Positions 1-10,077 of a stretch of DNA of 64,000 nt are shown here, piece after piece (position 1 is the stretch's first letter; every line of letters starts with the position of its first letter). A program made the position numbers and the translations under genes. The notes beneath the pieces are model-generated. The model worked only from the letters and a program-made list of their open reading frames with translations. It was not told where the DNA came from and did not search any database. Source of the DNA: Micavibrio sp. (GTDB taxonomy: Bacteria > Pseudomonadota > Alphaproteobacteria > Micavibrionales > Micavibrionaceae); NCBI GenBank assembly GCA_044238965.1, contig JBIICJ010000001.1, forward strand, positions 2,089 to 66,088, written 5' to 3'.

Positions 1-969
1 TGTAGCTTTGTTGAGGCCATCGGCAACTTTGGGGGTCGCGCTAATATCGGCAAAGGCCAAATTACCATGATGCGCTGCAGTCAAAAGGCCGCCCAAACGA
101 CGGGCAATATCAACGCGGGACGGAATAAAACGACGCACGCCCAATGATGAGAATACCCTTGCCATTTCGCCCGATTCATCAGCATCCATCGCGGCAGGTA
201 AAACCAAAATCGGTTCAATATCTCCACTCGCAATTAATGATGATAATAATTTCATCTCACGTGGATCAAACGGGTTATATCCAGCGGCATCAATTAATAT
301 CTGATCGGTCTTTGGCAGTGATGTTAAAAGTTTTGTGATATCCATCGCGTTTTTCGCGCGGTGTAAATCAATCTTCAACAATTTTGTAAATGATTCTAAT
401 TGTTCAACACCGCCCGCGCGTATTGTGTCGGCGGTAATGACTGTTACGGTTTGTTCATTCATAATTAAACGTGCGGCTTGTTTTGCGGTCACCATGGTTT
501 TGCCTGCACCTGGCGGGCCCACAAACATAAACGCCTTTGTATGTGCGGTTTGCGGTAATGGGGCAAAATCAAACATATGATCAAATGCACCCATTAATGC
601 AATGCGCGCATCATCAACGGGCATCATTCCCGCATGTGATAAAATTTGATCAAGGATATCTTCAGGCACAGAATGTTTTAATAAACATTCGAGTAATGTT
701 TCAGAAAAATCGCTATCGGCTTTGTCTTCATCATCATATTGCAACCAATCATCGCGGTCTGATGGAGTGTGCGGTTCAAAATCAGATTCTTTTAAACGGG
801 AACGCGGCACAACAGGAACATACGTATCATCGAGGGCAGCGGTGACTTGCACAGATTTACCCGCAACATCTTCGCGTGTTGCGATGATGATGGCATCTTC
901 CCCTAAGGCATCTCGGACCATTTGCATGGCTTCGGTCATGGTTTTCGCATAGAACGACTTTAGTCGCAT
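1..969 (-). CDS. flhF: Flagellar biosynthesis GTPase FlhF (C-terminal end cut by window edge)
   Basis: Absent from the ORF track because it runs off the window. My minus-strand translation from the ATG at 969 reads MRLKSFYAKTMTEAMQMVRDALGEDAIIIATRE. Further in it reads MFVGPPGAGKTMVTAKQAAR, an SRP-type P-loop. It lies directly downstream of flhA. Confidence 0.8.
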   Translation of the reverse strand, partial: MRLKSFYAKTMTEAMQMVRDALGEDAIIIATREDVAGKSVQVTAALDDTYVPVVPRSRLKESDFEPHTPSDRDDWLQYDDEDKADSDFSETLLECLLKHSVPEDILDQILSHAGMMPVDDARIALMGAFDHMFDFAPLPQTAHTKAFMFVGPPGAGKTMVTAKQAARLIMNEQTVTVITADTIRAGGVEQLESFTKLLKIDLHRAKNAMDITKLLTSLPKTDQILIDAAGYNPFDPREMKLLSSLIASGDIEPILVLPAAMDADESGEMARVFSSLGVRRFIPSRVDIARRLGGLLTAAHHGNLAFADISATPKVADGLNKAT

Positions 970-1127
970 GGGTTTATCTTAATATGGGTGGGCAGGGAAA
1001 CCAGAAATCTGATTCGTTTTTAGTATAACCGAGACGGACTCGGCTGTCTTTGGAATTCTTAACAAAAGATTAAATTTTTAAAACTGTGACTCAAAATCCA
1101 CAGTATAAACCAAGATGATAGGCTTGG

Positions 1128-3224
1128 TTAAATCTGCCCCAGAGTCTTAATCCGCGCTGTGGGGTGGATTTCATTTTGTGACATCACAAAGGTTGACGGG
1201 CGGAAGCGTTCAATCACTGACCGTACATAAGGGCGGATGCCCGCCGAGGTCAACAGCACAGGGGATTCGCCCGTCTGGGCATAACGGTCATAGGTTTGGC
1301 GGACGAGTAAAATAAATTCCTGAAGCAAGCTTGGCGCCATGGCGAGTTGTTTATCTTCATGCCCAACCAAAGAATCAATAAACGCCTGTTCCCATTTGGA
1401 TGACAAGGTGAGTAACGCCACCTGACCATTGGCATTGAGGTTCGATTCACAAATTTGGCGCGCCAATCGCGCGCGCACATGTTCGGTAATCAGACCAATA
1501 TTTTTGGTATATGTAGTGGCCTCAGCAACGCCCTCTAAAATGGTGGGTAAATCGCGAATGGAAATACGTTCGGAAACCAAATTTTGCAACACGCGTTGCA
1601 GACCTGCATTCGTCATTTGTGATGGGATCACATCAGCAACAAGTTTTTGATATTCAGGCGGCAATTCATTCAATAAACGTTGGGTTTCGGTGTATGATAA
1701 TAAATCAGCCATATTATCTTTGATAATCTCAGTAATATGTGTTGTTACAACTGTGCCCGCATCGACAACTGTATATCCTTTGAAATGCGCTTCTTCGCGG
1801 TATCTCTCATCAATCCACATGGCTGGTAAACCAAATGTGGGTTCAACGGTTTGTTCGCCAGGCAAAGTAATCGCCTCACCTGATGGATCCATACACATTA
1901 ACATGCCTGTACGCACTTCACCGCGACCAGCTTCGATTTCTTTGATGCGAACAACATAATTATTGGCGGGTAACTGCAAATTATCCTGAATGCGCACGGC
2001 AGGTAAAATATAGCCCATATCTTCGGCGAGTTGGCGGCGCAGACCCTTAATCTGATCAGGTAAACGTATGGTGGTTTCTGATCCTTGCACCAATGGTAAT
2101 AATGCGTAACCCAATTCAAGGCGAATTGTATCCATCGCCAATGATTTTGAAATCGGCTCTTCGGCGGGTTTCGCGGCGGTGAGCAATTGTTGTTCTGATT
2201 CTTGTTTTTGATCTTCGATAATTTGATCGCGTGCAAATGATTGATACGCGATAAATCCAATAATGGCAGCTAATACGGCGAATGGCAGAATGGGCATGCC
2301 GGGAATTAATCCAAAACACAAAATCAGGCCCGATGAAATGGCGAGCGCACGAGGATAACGTGAAAATTGATCAATCAAGGCTTTGTCAGCAGATCCTTCA
2401 ACGCCCGCTTTTGACACTAACAAACCGGCGGCAACAGATATAACCAACGCAGGAATTTGCGATACCAAACCATCACCGATAGTCAGGGCTGTATATGTTT
2501 TGGCAGAATCGGCCATGCTCATATCATGGATAGCGGCACCAATAATAATGCCGCCGATTAAATTGATGAATGTAATTAATATACCCGCAATCGCATCACC
2601 GCGTACGAATTTCGCCGCACCATCCATCGCCCCGAAAAACGCACTTTCTTGTTGCAATTCCGATCGTTTTAATTTGGCCTCATCTTCGGTGATTAATCCT
2701 GATGACAAATCACTATCGATCGTCATTTGTTTCCCAGGCATCGCGTCCAAACTGAAACGCGCGGCAACTTCGGCAATACGCCCTGAACCTTTGGTAATCA
2801 CGATAAAATTCACGATGATCAAAATGGCAAATACAATTCCGCCCACCACATAATTATCACGGATCATAAATGTACCGAACGATTCAATAATATGTCCCGC
2901 CGCATCGGTTCCATTATTCCCTTCGGATAAAATCAATCGGGTTGATGCAATGTTTAATCCCAGACGCAATGCGGTGGTGATCAACAAAATAGTCGGGAAG
3001 GTTGAAAAATCTAATGGCCGGCGAATAAATAATGTGATCATCAAAATCATCATCGATAGGGCAATCGATAACGCTAAACCCATATCAACAACGATGGGCG
3101 GCATTGGCACCATCATGAACATCAAAATAATGACAACGCCGATTGCAAGCGCAAAGTCAGGGCGAAGGATCGACCCTAACATTGATTTTGTATTTGGCAT
3201 GTTGGTTGGCATTGATGGTGGCAT
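1128..3224 (-). CDS. flhA: Flagellar type III export apparatus protein FlhA
   Basis: 698 aa with an N-terminal polytopic membrane domain. Contains GAMDGAAKFVRGDAIAG, typical of the FlhA/FHIPEP family, and a large cytoplasmic C-domain. The exact start among several N-terminal Met codons is uncertain. Confidence 0.95.
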   Translation of the reverse strand: MPPSMPTNMPNTKSMLGSILRPDFALAIGVVIILMFMMVPMPPIVVDMGLALSIALSMMILMITLFIRRPLDFSTFPTILLITTALRLGLNIASTRLILSEGNNGTDAAGHIIESFGTFMIRDNYVVGGIVFAILIIVNFIVITKGSGRIAEVAARFSLDAMPGKQMTIDSDLSSGLITEDEAKLKRSELQQESAFFGAMDGAAKFVRGDAIAGILITFINLIGGIIIGAAIHDMSMADSAKTYTALTIGDGLVSQIPALVISVAAGLLVSKAGVEGSADKALIDQFSRYPRALAISSGLILCFGLIPGMPILPFAVLAAIIGFIAYQSFARDQIIEDQKQESEQQLLTAAKPAEEPISKSLAMDTIRLELGYALLPLVQGSETTIRLPDQIKGLRRQLAEDMGYILPAVRIQDNLQLPANNYVVRIKEIEAGRGEVRTGMLMCMDPSGEAITLPGEQTVEPTFGLPAMWIDERYREEAHFKGYTVVDAGTVVTTHITEIIKDNMADLLSYTETQRLLNELPPEYQKLVADVIPSQMTNAGLQRVLQNLVSERISIRDLPTILEGVAEATTYTKNIGLITEHVRARLARQICESNLNANGQVALLTLSSKWEQAFIDSLVGHEDKQLAMAPSLLQEFILLVRQTYDRYAQTGESPVLLTSAGIRPYVRSVIERFRPSTFVMSQNEIHPTARIKTLGQI

Positions 3225-3372
3225 GATTCGTAAAATTGTACCTGATACAATGGTTTAGGTCTATTCAATCAATAGTTTATAGTCAAACGCGTTAAAATTT
3301 ATAAAAAGTTGGACAGGCTTAACCAGAATTTGTATTATTCATAATTGTTAATTTCTACGCAGAGTAAAGCTT

Positions 3373-3738
3373 ATGGGTTCATTTCACCGTATTCGGTTAT
3401 CGGAATTTGATTCTACATCTTTGCGATTGGTTATTTTCGCGCGATCAAGCCCCGAATCTAGGCCAGTCACAATTTTTGCAGAAGATTATAATGGTAATTC
3501 GTGCCGTCCCATTTCTATATATGATTTGGGGTATGGTATAAATTCTGCGCGTACAAAAATTTTACTTGAAAATAAATATCCAAATGGTCGATTGCGCCGT
3601 GAGTGGGTGAAGTTGCAAGATTCAGTTGACGATCTTCGCCACATATTCAAATTAGTGGGGCAGGACATGCCGCCTGTGACACAATCATTTTTATCCCGCC
3701 TCGGGAACATCCAATCCTTCGTCGCGGTACTGCGATAA
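3373..3738 (+). CDS. Orphan hypothetical protein (121 aa), opposite strand to its neighbours
   Basis: It is the only plausible ORF in the 466-nt flbD-flhA gap. Amino-acid composition is ordinary. A possible sigma70 promoter lies upstream: TTGGAC (3309-3314), 18-nt spacer, TATTAT (3333-3338). There is no clear SD, its last 48 nt overlap the flbD 3' end, and I recognise no family. Confidence 0.25.
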   Translation: MGSFHRIRLSEFDSTSLRLVIFARSSPESRPVTIFAEDYNGNSCRPISIYDLGYGINSARTKILLENKYPNGRLRREWVKLQDSVDDLRHIFKLVGQDMPPVTQSFLSRLGNIQSFVAVLR

Positions 3739-5067
3739 TTTATTCCGCAATGTACGAATGGAAATACCCAAAATATTGGCGGCATGGGTGCGGTTACCCA
3801 AACAATGATCTAATGTGTTGATAATCATATCGCGTTCCACATCGGCAATGGTACGGCCAACCAATGTTTCGACTGCGCCCGCATTTTGCACGGGTGATGA
3901 CATTGACCCCGCGCTGGATACACCTTTGGGATCTGGCGCTTTGTGTGAAACGGGAACAGATGTTTGTGCCATACCCGCGATATAAACCGCATCGGCCTCA
4001 ATCTGATCTTGCATCGACACCAACACCGCGCGGTGCATGATATTTTCTAGCTCGCGAATATTACCCTTCCAATGATGGGCTTGAATTTTTTGTTTGGCTT
4101 CTTCGGAAATTTCTTTGCGCGCCACGCCATTTTGTTCGGCAAATTTATCAAGGAAGAATTTTGCCAGCGGTAAAATATCGGCAGGGCGTTCACGCAAACC
4201 AGGCAGGCGAATATTGACAACGTTTAAACGGAAATATAAATCTTCGCGGAACTCGCCCTTGGCAACAGAATCTTCTAAATTACGGTTTGATGTCGCAATA
4301 ATACGCACATCAATTTTCACAGGATCATTATTCCCAATACGGGTGATTTCACGCTCTTGAATCGCGCGCAATAATTTTGCCTGTAATGATGGGTGCATTT
4401 CGGATACTTCATCCAATAATAATGTCCCGCCCGTGGCTTCTTCAAATTTACCCAAACGACGTTGCACCGCGCCAGTGAACGCACCTTTTTCATGGCCGAA
4501 TAATTCAGATTCTAATAAATTTTCAGGAATGGCAGCGCAATTAAGAGCAATGAAGGGGCCATTGCCACGTTTTGATTTACGGTGAATATATTTTGACATC
4601 ACCTCTTTACCCGTTCCCGACTCGCCCGTGATTAAAATGGTGGCTTCAGATGGCGCAACTTTATCAGCAATAGCGACAACTGATTTCATCGATGGATCGC
4701 TCGCGATCATCGCGTTTGATTCTTCGGTGACGGCCTCTAAAATTCCTGCAATTAAATCCGCGTCTGGCGGCAGGGGAACATATTCTTTTGCGCCTTCTTG
4801 AATGGCTTTGACCGCCGCGCGCGCATCGGTGCCAATACCGCAGGCGATAACGGGCACATGAATGCGTTCAAGTTTTAACGCTTCGATAAAAAATCCAATT
4901 TTTTGTTTGATGTCGATCATAACTAGATCAGCACCTTTACCATTGCGCAGCGCGCCAAGGGCTTGTTCAGTATCTTCGCAATGAATAACTTTTGCGCCGC
5001 GTTGTAACGCGATTTTACCCGCCGCGGAAATGTAACCTTCCAATTGTCCAATAATCATGAGGCGCAT
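3691..5067 (-). CDS. flbD: Sigma54-dependent flagellar response regulator (FlbD-type)
   Basis: Receiver domain, then an AAA+ domain with GESGTGKE (Walker A) and ESELFGHEKGAFTGA (GAFTGA sigma54 contact loop). C-terminal Fis-type HTH GNRTHAANILGISIRTLRNKL. SD AAGGA lies 8 nt upstream, and the gene sits inside the flagellar operon. Confidence 0.85.
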   Translation of the reverse strand: MRLMIIGQLEGYISAAGKIALQRGAKVIHCEDTEQALGALRNGKGADLVMIDIKQKIGFFIEALKLERIHVPVIACGIGTDARAAVKAIQEGAKEYVPLPPDADLIAGILEAVTEESNAMIASDPSMKSVVAIADKVAPSEATILITGESGTGKEVMSKYIHRKSKRGNGPFIALNCAAIPENLLESELFGHEKGAFTGAVQRRLGKFEEATGGTLLLDEVSEMHPSLQAKLLRAIQEREITRIGNNDPVKIDVRIIATSNRNLEDSVAKGEFREDLYFRLNVVNIRLPGLRERPADILPLAKFFLDKFAEQNGVARKEISEEAKQKIQAHHWKGNIRELENIMHRAVLVSMQDQIEADAVYIAGMAQTSVPVSHKAPDPKGVSSAGSMSSPVQNAGAVETLVGRTIADVERDMIINTLDHCLGNRTHAANILGISIRTLRNKLSQYRDEGLDVPEAG

Positions 5068-5091
5068 AAAACGAATCCTTTTGTAAAAACT

Positions 5092-5958
5092 TTAGGTATT
5101 AAAATAGCGTATGCGGCGGCTTTCGGGAAGGAGGCTATTTAATAAGATTTCCAAACGGCGCGGATTTTCTTGGCGTGCCATCGATGCCGCACCGGTGATC
5201 ATTAATGTTTTTAATAATGTGTCTTCATTGGCATTGCGTTCGACCTTGGCGGCGAGAGGAGCGAGCACAACCGTGCCCATAATCGCGCCATAAAATGTAG
5301 TGAGCAACGCAACCGCCATGGCGGGGCCAATGGTTTCGGGTGAATTTAATTGGGATAACATTTGCACCAATCCGACCAATGTCCCGATCAACCCCATACC
5401 TGGTGCAATTTCGGATGCACGACGCAGAACGCTGGCGGCGGCTTTGTATTTGTCCATGGTGGTTTGAATTTCTTGCGATAAGAATGCTTCGATATCATTG
5501 GCTGAAAATCCGTCGGCAACTAATTGCATGGATTGTTTTAAAAATAAATCTTTGTTTAGCACACCATCATGTTGCGTGACAGATAATAATCCTTTTTTCT
5601 TGGCGATCACGGAAATGCCAACCAATGTTGTGGCATATTCAGAAAAATCAGGAACTAACCGCACAATTGATCCTTTGATGATGTTCATTGCTTCAACCAA
5701 TTCATCATGTGTGTATGACACGGCGGTCACCGCCAACGTGCCCAAAATGACAATCAAAACCGATGGTAAATTGAAAAAATTGGCTTTGCTTTGTCCCATC
5801 CAAACGGCGGCCACAATCAGCGCGATAGATACAACTAAGCCAATAATGGTTGTTTGATCAATTTCTTCGATCGGGTCAGATAATGTTAAAACAGGATCAG
5901 GCTGAACGCTTGGTTCGGGTGATGTCATTGATGGTGTTGTGAAAACAGGTTCAGCCAT
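5092..5958 (-). CDS. motA: Flagellar stator protein MotA (MotA/TolQ/ExbB family)
   Basis: 288 aa with four predicted TM segments. Contains GMGLIGTLVGLVQML and ALLTTFYGAIMG, typical of MotA/PomA. An N-terminal extension of about 35 aa is present. Confidence 0.85.
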   Translation of the reverse strand: MAEPVFTTPSMTSPEPSVQPDPVLTLSDPIEEIDQTTIIGLVVSIALIVAAVWMGQSKANFFNLPSVLIVILGTLAVTAVSYTHDELVEAMNIIKGSIVRLVPDFSEYATTLVGISVIAKKKGLLSVTQHDGVLNKDLFLKQSMQLVADGFSANDIEAFLSQEIQTTMDKYKAAASVLRRASEIAPGMGLIGTLVGLVQMLSQLNSPETIGPAMAVALLTTFYGAIMGTVVLAPLAAKVERNANEDTLLKTLMITGAASMARQENPRRLEILLNSLLPESRRIRYFNT

Positions 5959-5982
5959 TTGTATGTATCTTTATATATATAT

Positions 5983-6336
5983 TTAAGTTGATTGTTCTGA
6001 TTTCACGATTTCGGTCATGGTGATGCCCAAACGATCTTCGACCACCACAACTTCACCGCGCGCGACCAAACGATTATTCACATAGATGTCAATTGACTCA
6101 CCGACTTTGCGATCTAATTCAACAACCGCGCCACGACCTAATTTGAGTAATTGCGACACTTTCATATTTGATCGACCAAGCACCGCCGAAATTTGCACGG
6201 GAATATCATAAATGGCGGTCACATCATTCGCCATAGGTTCGCCCATCGCGTATGGATTATCATCATCACGGTTTGCGTTTGGGTCTTCAATTTCGGATAG
6301 GCTTAAATCCGCTTTACCGTCCATGGAATCTCCCAT
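5983..6336 (-). CDS. fliN: Flagellar motor switch protein FliN
   Basis: C-terminal SpoA-type motif VELDRKVGESIDIYVNNRLVARGEVVVVEDRLGITMTEIV. Confidence 0.9.
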   Translation of the reverse strand: MGDSMDGKADLSLSEIEDPNANRDDDNPYAMGEPMANDVTAIYDIPVQISAVLGRSNMKVSQLLKLGRGAVVELDRKVGESIDIYVNNRLVARGEVVVVEDRLGITMTEIVKSEQST

Positions 6337-6338
6337 GA

Positions 6339-7067
6339 CTATTCTCCTTCATTGGTCTTTGTTTCAGATTGTATCTGTTGTTCGTCATTGTGATCGTTTT
6401 CATTGTTTTGTGCAAGGGGTGTAGGGCCCATGACAGGCGCAGTATTTGGTTCATTCATGTCTATTTTTGGTTTCAACTGGCGTAAAATTTCGCGTGAGAT
6501 AGCATTATGATCGCGAATAGCGCCCCCATCTTTCCACAAAATACGGCAATTACCCGCTGATAAATTAGGATCGGCTTTGACGGTGATGATGCCTTTATTA
6601 TCCAGCTTAATTTGATCAACATAATTTTGAATATGTTCGGCATCATCCATTGGCACTTCGATTGAAATATGCGGCGCTGTAATTTCGCGTTTTAACACAT
6701 CGCGAATCATATCTTTGATTTCGGCGAGCGCATGTGAACGGGTAAGGGCAGGGAATAACGCCTGCATCGCGGATTCTGCCACTGATAACACTTCGCGTTC
6801 AAATTGTGCTTGGCGATATTGCTCTTGGTCAAATAATTGTCCGATTGATTGCGCAATCTCGTTCATCTGATGGGCAATATAATTACCGCGTGATATTTCG
6901 GCCTCGGCTAAACCTGCGCGGCGGCCTTCTTCAAATGACACTTCTTTGGCGTGGCCCAATTCATCCAATGAAAACATGGGCGGCGGTGGCGGCGCTTCAA
7001 CTTCGACTTCGACCATATCTGGTTCGTCAAATTTATTTAAATCGAAAAAATATTTACGCTCTTTCAC
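6339..7067 (-). CDS. fliH: FliH-like flagellar export protein (FlbE-type)
   Basis: 242 aa located between fliG and fliN. Has a Pro-rich linker followed by EEGRRAGLAEAE, a FliH-like helical region. GTG start with SAAGGA-type SD (AAGGA) 6 nt upstream. The assignment rests partly on gene position. Confidence 0.65.
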   Translation of the reverse strand: MKERKYFFDLNKFDEPDMVEVEVEAPPPPPMFSLDELGHAKEVSFEEGRRAGLAEAEISRGNYIAHQMNEIAQSIGQLFDQEQYRQAQFEREVLSVAESAMQALFPALTRSHALAEIKDMIRDVLKREITAPHISIEVPMDDAEHIQNYVDQIKLDNKGIITVKADPNLSAGNCRILWKDGGAIRDHNAISREILRQLKPKIDMNEPNTAPVMGPTPLAQNNENDHNDEQQIQSETKTNEGE

Positions 7068-7084
7068 TGATAATCCTTATACGA

Positions 7085-8107
7085 TTAGAAAATCATTTGA
7101 TCATCAGCATTATTACCTTTGCTGAGAATAATTTCACCGCGTGATTCTAAATCTTTCGCAACGTTAACAATATATTGTTGTGATTCTTCGACGTCTTTCA
7201 GGCGGATAGGACCCATGGCGGCCATATCTTCCTTCATAATTTTGGCCGCGCGTTCTGACATATTTGAGAAGAACAAATCTTTGAGAGCATCGGTCGCACC
7301 TTTGAGGGCGATTGGTAATTTGTCTTTGTCGGCGGCGCGAACGATGGTTTGAATCGATGTCGGGTCGAGTTTTGCCAAATCTTCAAAGGTGAACATAAGC
7401 GAGCGAATTTTTTCAGCAGAATCGGGTGCCGATTGTTCCAAATGCCCCATGATACGGCTTTCGGTTGCGCGTTCTAAATTGTTGAAAATTTCGGCCATTA
7501 ATTCATGTGAATCGCGGCGCGCGGTGCGGGCAAGGTTCGCCATAAATTCGACGCGCAATGTACGTTCAACGTCATCCAATACATCTTTTTGAATGGCCTC
7601 CATGCGCAACATGCGGTGAATGACTTCAATTGCAAAAGCATCAGGCAACATGGCTAAAACCCGCGCCGCATGTTCTGTTGAAATTTTGGATAACACAACG
7701 GCAACGGTTTGCGGATATTCTTTTTGTAAAAAATTGGCCAAGACTTCTTCGTTCACATTACCCAATTTTTCCCACATATTACGACCTGCGGGGCCGCGAA
7801 TTTCTTCCATGATGGAATTGATTTTGTCTTTGTTTAATCCGGCACGATTGAGCAATCGTTCGGTTGAATCCATCGTACCGATCAATGAATTGCTAGACGT
7901 CATTTGTTCAGCAAAATCAATAAATAAACGCTCCACAACGGTGGAATTAATTTTCCCTAAATTCGCCATGGTTTGTGAGATTTCCATGATCTCATCTTCG
8001 TTCATATGCTCAAAAATTTTCGACGTATGATCTTCGCCGAGCGAGAGCATAAAAATGGCCGTTTTTTCAGTGCCGGTCAGGGTGCGATAATCTTCACGTA
8101 CGCGCAT
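7085..8107 (-). CDS. fliG: Flagellar motor switch protein FliG
   Basis: 340 aa. Contains LTGTEKTAIFMLSLGED, FLQKEYPQTVAVVLS and MFTFEDL, which are FliG hallmarks. Confidence 0.95.
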   Translation of the reverse strand: MRVREDYRTLTGTEKTAIFMLSLGEDHTSKIFEHMNEDEIMEISQTMANLGKINSTVVERLFIDFAEQMTSSNSLIGTMDSTERLLNRAGLNKDKINSIMEEIRGPAGRNMWEKLGNVNEEVLANFLQKEYPQTVAVVLSKISTEHAARVLAMLPDAFAIEVIHRMLRMEAIQKDVLDDVERTLRVEFMANLARTARRDSHELMAEIFNNLERATESRIMGHLEQSAPDSAEKIRSLMFTFEDLAKLDPTSIQTIVRAADKDKLPIALKGATDALKDLFFSNMSERAAKIMKEDMAAMGPIRLKDVEESQQYIVNVAKDLESRGEIILSKGNNADDQMIF

Positions 8108-8124
8108 TGGTTATGGTCTCTTTT

Positions 8125-9792
8125 TTAATCTTCTTGTGTCATCCAATTACGAAGGACGGATACAGTTTCTTCAGGGTACGCAGAGATAATATCTTCAACT
8201 TTTTTGAGGGAGGATGCTTTGACGCGCCCTTCCACTTTTTGAACATCAATCATGCTTTCAACGGTTTCATCCATTTGCGCCATGTTGGCGGCGTAATTGG
8301 ATGGATCACCCATCGGGCCAGATAATTGGGCTTGGCCAGCTTGCATATTCGGTAACATATTGTGGCCATCATCTAATTCGTCTTCAGGAATTGGCGGCCC
8401 AGCGGTTGCAAGCAAACGCCCCACCATTGGTTGCAACACAAGCAACACAACAAGAACGATCATAATCGCAACTGTTAAAATTTCGGCTGTATCAAGTAAA
8501 TCTGATTTCTCAAATCCAAATAATTGAGTACCCGCATCATCTTCAACAGTTTGAATTTCAGCAAATTGCATATTGACTAATTCCAAATGATCGCCGCGTT
8601 CTTCATCAAATCCAATGGCAGAACTTACCAATGCTTTCATGCGGTCTAATTCTTCTTGGGTCCGTGGCTTATATGTGCGCACGCCTTTTTCATCCGTTGT
8701 GTATGTACCGTCAATTAATACAGCAACCGATAGTTTTTTTACTTCACCTGTTTCGCTGACGACATTGCGAACAACTTTGCTAATCTCAAAATTTGTCGTT
8801 TCTTCAGTGCGGTTATTTGAGCTGGTATTTCCTGATGCACCCGTTGCACCCGCATCTGCATTGGGTAAATTATTTTCAATTGATACATTGTTATCAGATG
8901 CCTGACTCTCGCTACCGCTTTCTTCTACGGTTTGCGCTGAACGTACCACTTGGCTCTGTGGATCATATGTTTCCGCGCTTTCAGTTACACGATCAAAATT
9001 TAAATTGGCGGTGACGGTGGCACGCACTTTACCAAACCCAACGGTACGACCCAATAAATCCTCAATCGTTTGGGTCATACGGCGTTCATAATCACGTGTC
9101 ATTTCCTCAGATTTGCCACTCATGACGCTATCTTCGTCTTCACCACCCTGCGCTAACAAATTACCTTGGGAATCGATGATCGATACATCTTTTGATTTCA
9201 TGTTGGGTACGGCCGATGCAATCAATGATTGTATGCCAGCGATTTGTTTGCGATCTAATTCGCCTGCGCCCTTCATTTGAATGAACACGGATGCCGATGC
9301 CGCACGATTTTCACGAGCAAATAATTCGCGCTGTGGTAATACCAAATGTACGCGCGCTGATTTAATCGGTTCTAATGATCCGATGGTACGGGATAATTCC
9401 CCTTCGAGGGCTCGAACCTGATTAATATTTTGTACAAAATTTGTTGTACCGAAACTTGATTGTTTATCAAAAATTTCATAACCCATATTACCGCCATTGG
9501 GCAATGATCCGGCTTGCGCCAATTCCATACGCGCTTTGCCGACATCTTTTTCGGACACCATAATTTTTGTACCGTCGGCGCTAAGGTCATATTGAATTTG
9601 TAATTCGTCTAATTTTGAGGTGATGGTAGTGGAATCTTGTGCGCTTAAATCATTATACAAGATTTTCATTTCGGGGCCGGCCACACGCATCGACACAAAC
9701 ACGAAAAAAAGCAACAGGCCTAAGAGGACGGCGCCCATAACTGCGAGCCGTGTGGGTCCTAATTTTTTTAATGTTTCGAGAAAACTATTCAT
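8125..9792 (-). CDS. fliF: Flagellar MS-ring protein FliF
   Basis: The ORF is open to 9915, but MNSFLETLKKLGPTRLAVMGAVLLGLLLFF (ATG at 9792) matches a normal FliF N-terminus with its TM segment. RVHLVLPQRELFARE is the YscJ/FliF motif, and there is a second TM near the C-terminus. Confidence 0.9.
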   Translation of the reverse strand: MNSFLETLKKLGPTRLAVMGAVLLGLLLFFVFVSMRVAGPEMKILYNDLSAQDSTTITSKLDELQIQYDLSADGTKIMVSEKDVGKARMELAQAGSLPNGGNMGYEIFDKQSSFGTTNFVQNINQVRALEGELSRTIGSLEPIKSARVHLVLPQRELFARENRAASASVFIQMKGAGELDRKQIAGIQSLIASAVPNMKSKDVSIIDSQGNLLAQGGEDEDSVMSGKSEEMTRDYERRMTQTIEDLLGRTVGFGKVRATVTANLNFDRVTESAETYDPQSQVVRSAQTVEESGSESQASDNNVSIENNLPNADAGATGASGNTSSNNRTEETTNFEISKVVRNVVSETGEVKKLSVAVLIDGTYTTDEKGVRTYKPRTQEELDRMKALVSSAIGFDEERGDHLELVNMQFAEIQTVEDDAGTQLFGFEKSDLLDTAEILTVAIMIVLVVLLVLQPMVGRLLATAGPPIPEDELDDGHNMLPNMQAGQAQLSGPMGDPSNYAANMAQMDETVESMIDVQKVEGRVKASSLKKVEDIISAYPEETVSVLRNWMTQED

Positions 9793-9963
9793 AAGTTCCC
9801 AGTCGTCTAGATGAGGTATTTGTTTTTCTTTATGCCTACATATGAGAGTATCATATATTAACGAATTTTTCCACAGACACTTGACGAAATAAAGTAATAA
9901 TTTGTCTAGATTCAAAGACTTAGCCGTATTATGGAATCGAGGGGCAAAAAATTTCTGAAATGG

Positions 9964-10000
9964 TTAACAAATAATTAAAAAATAATTAATACTTGGTTAA
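9964..10000. promoter_or_regulatory. Four TTAA half-sites at exact 11-bp phasing (three overlapping TTAA-N7-TTAA CtrA-box-like sites)
   Basis: The sequence reads TTAAcaaataaTTAAaaaataaTTAAtacttggTTAA, with TTAA starting at 9964, 9975, 9986 and 9997. It lies in the divergent fliF / flaG-like intergenic region. Confidence 0.45.
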
Positions 10001-10077
10001 TATATGCAACTAAGTAATCGATATTAGCAAATCATCATTTTCGAATCATAATTATTTGGTGAAATCAAGTAAAAAAC

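Noticed and set aside
144-952. Four plus-strand ORFs (64-102 aa) at the window start
   Set aside because: They are antisense to, or out of frame with, a much better minus-strand reading frame. That frame encodes an FlhF-type GTPase with a P-loop and a typical N-terminus. Their composition is biased toward Cys, His and Arg.
2383-2853. 156-aa ORF antisense to flhA. Similar long antisense ORFs occur at 17168-17623, 19507-19953, 27737-28234, 32032-32598 and 38516-38986
   Set aside because: All lie inside strongly supported genes on the opposite strand. Open antisense frames are common in Ala/Thr/Gly-rich coding regions, and I saw no independent start signals.
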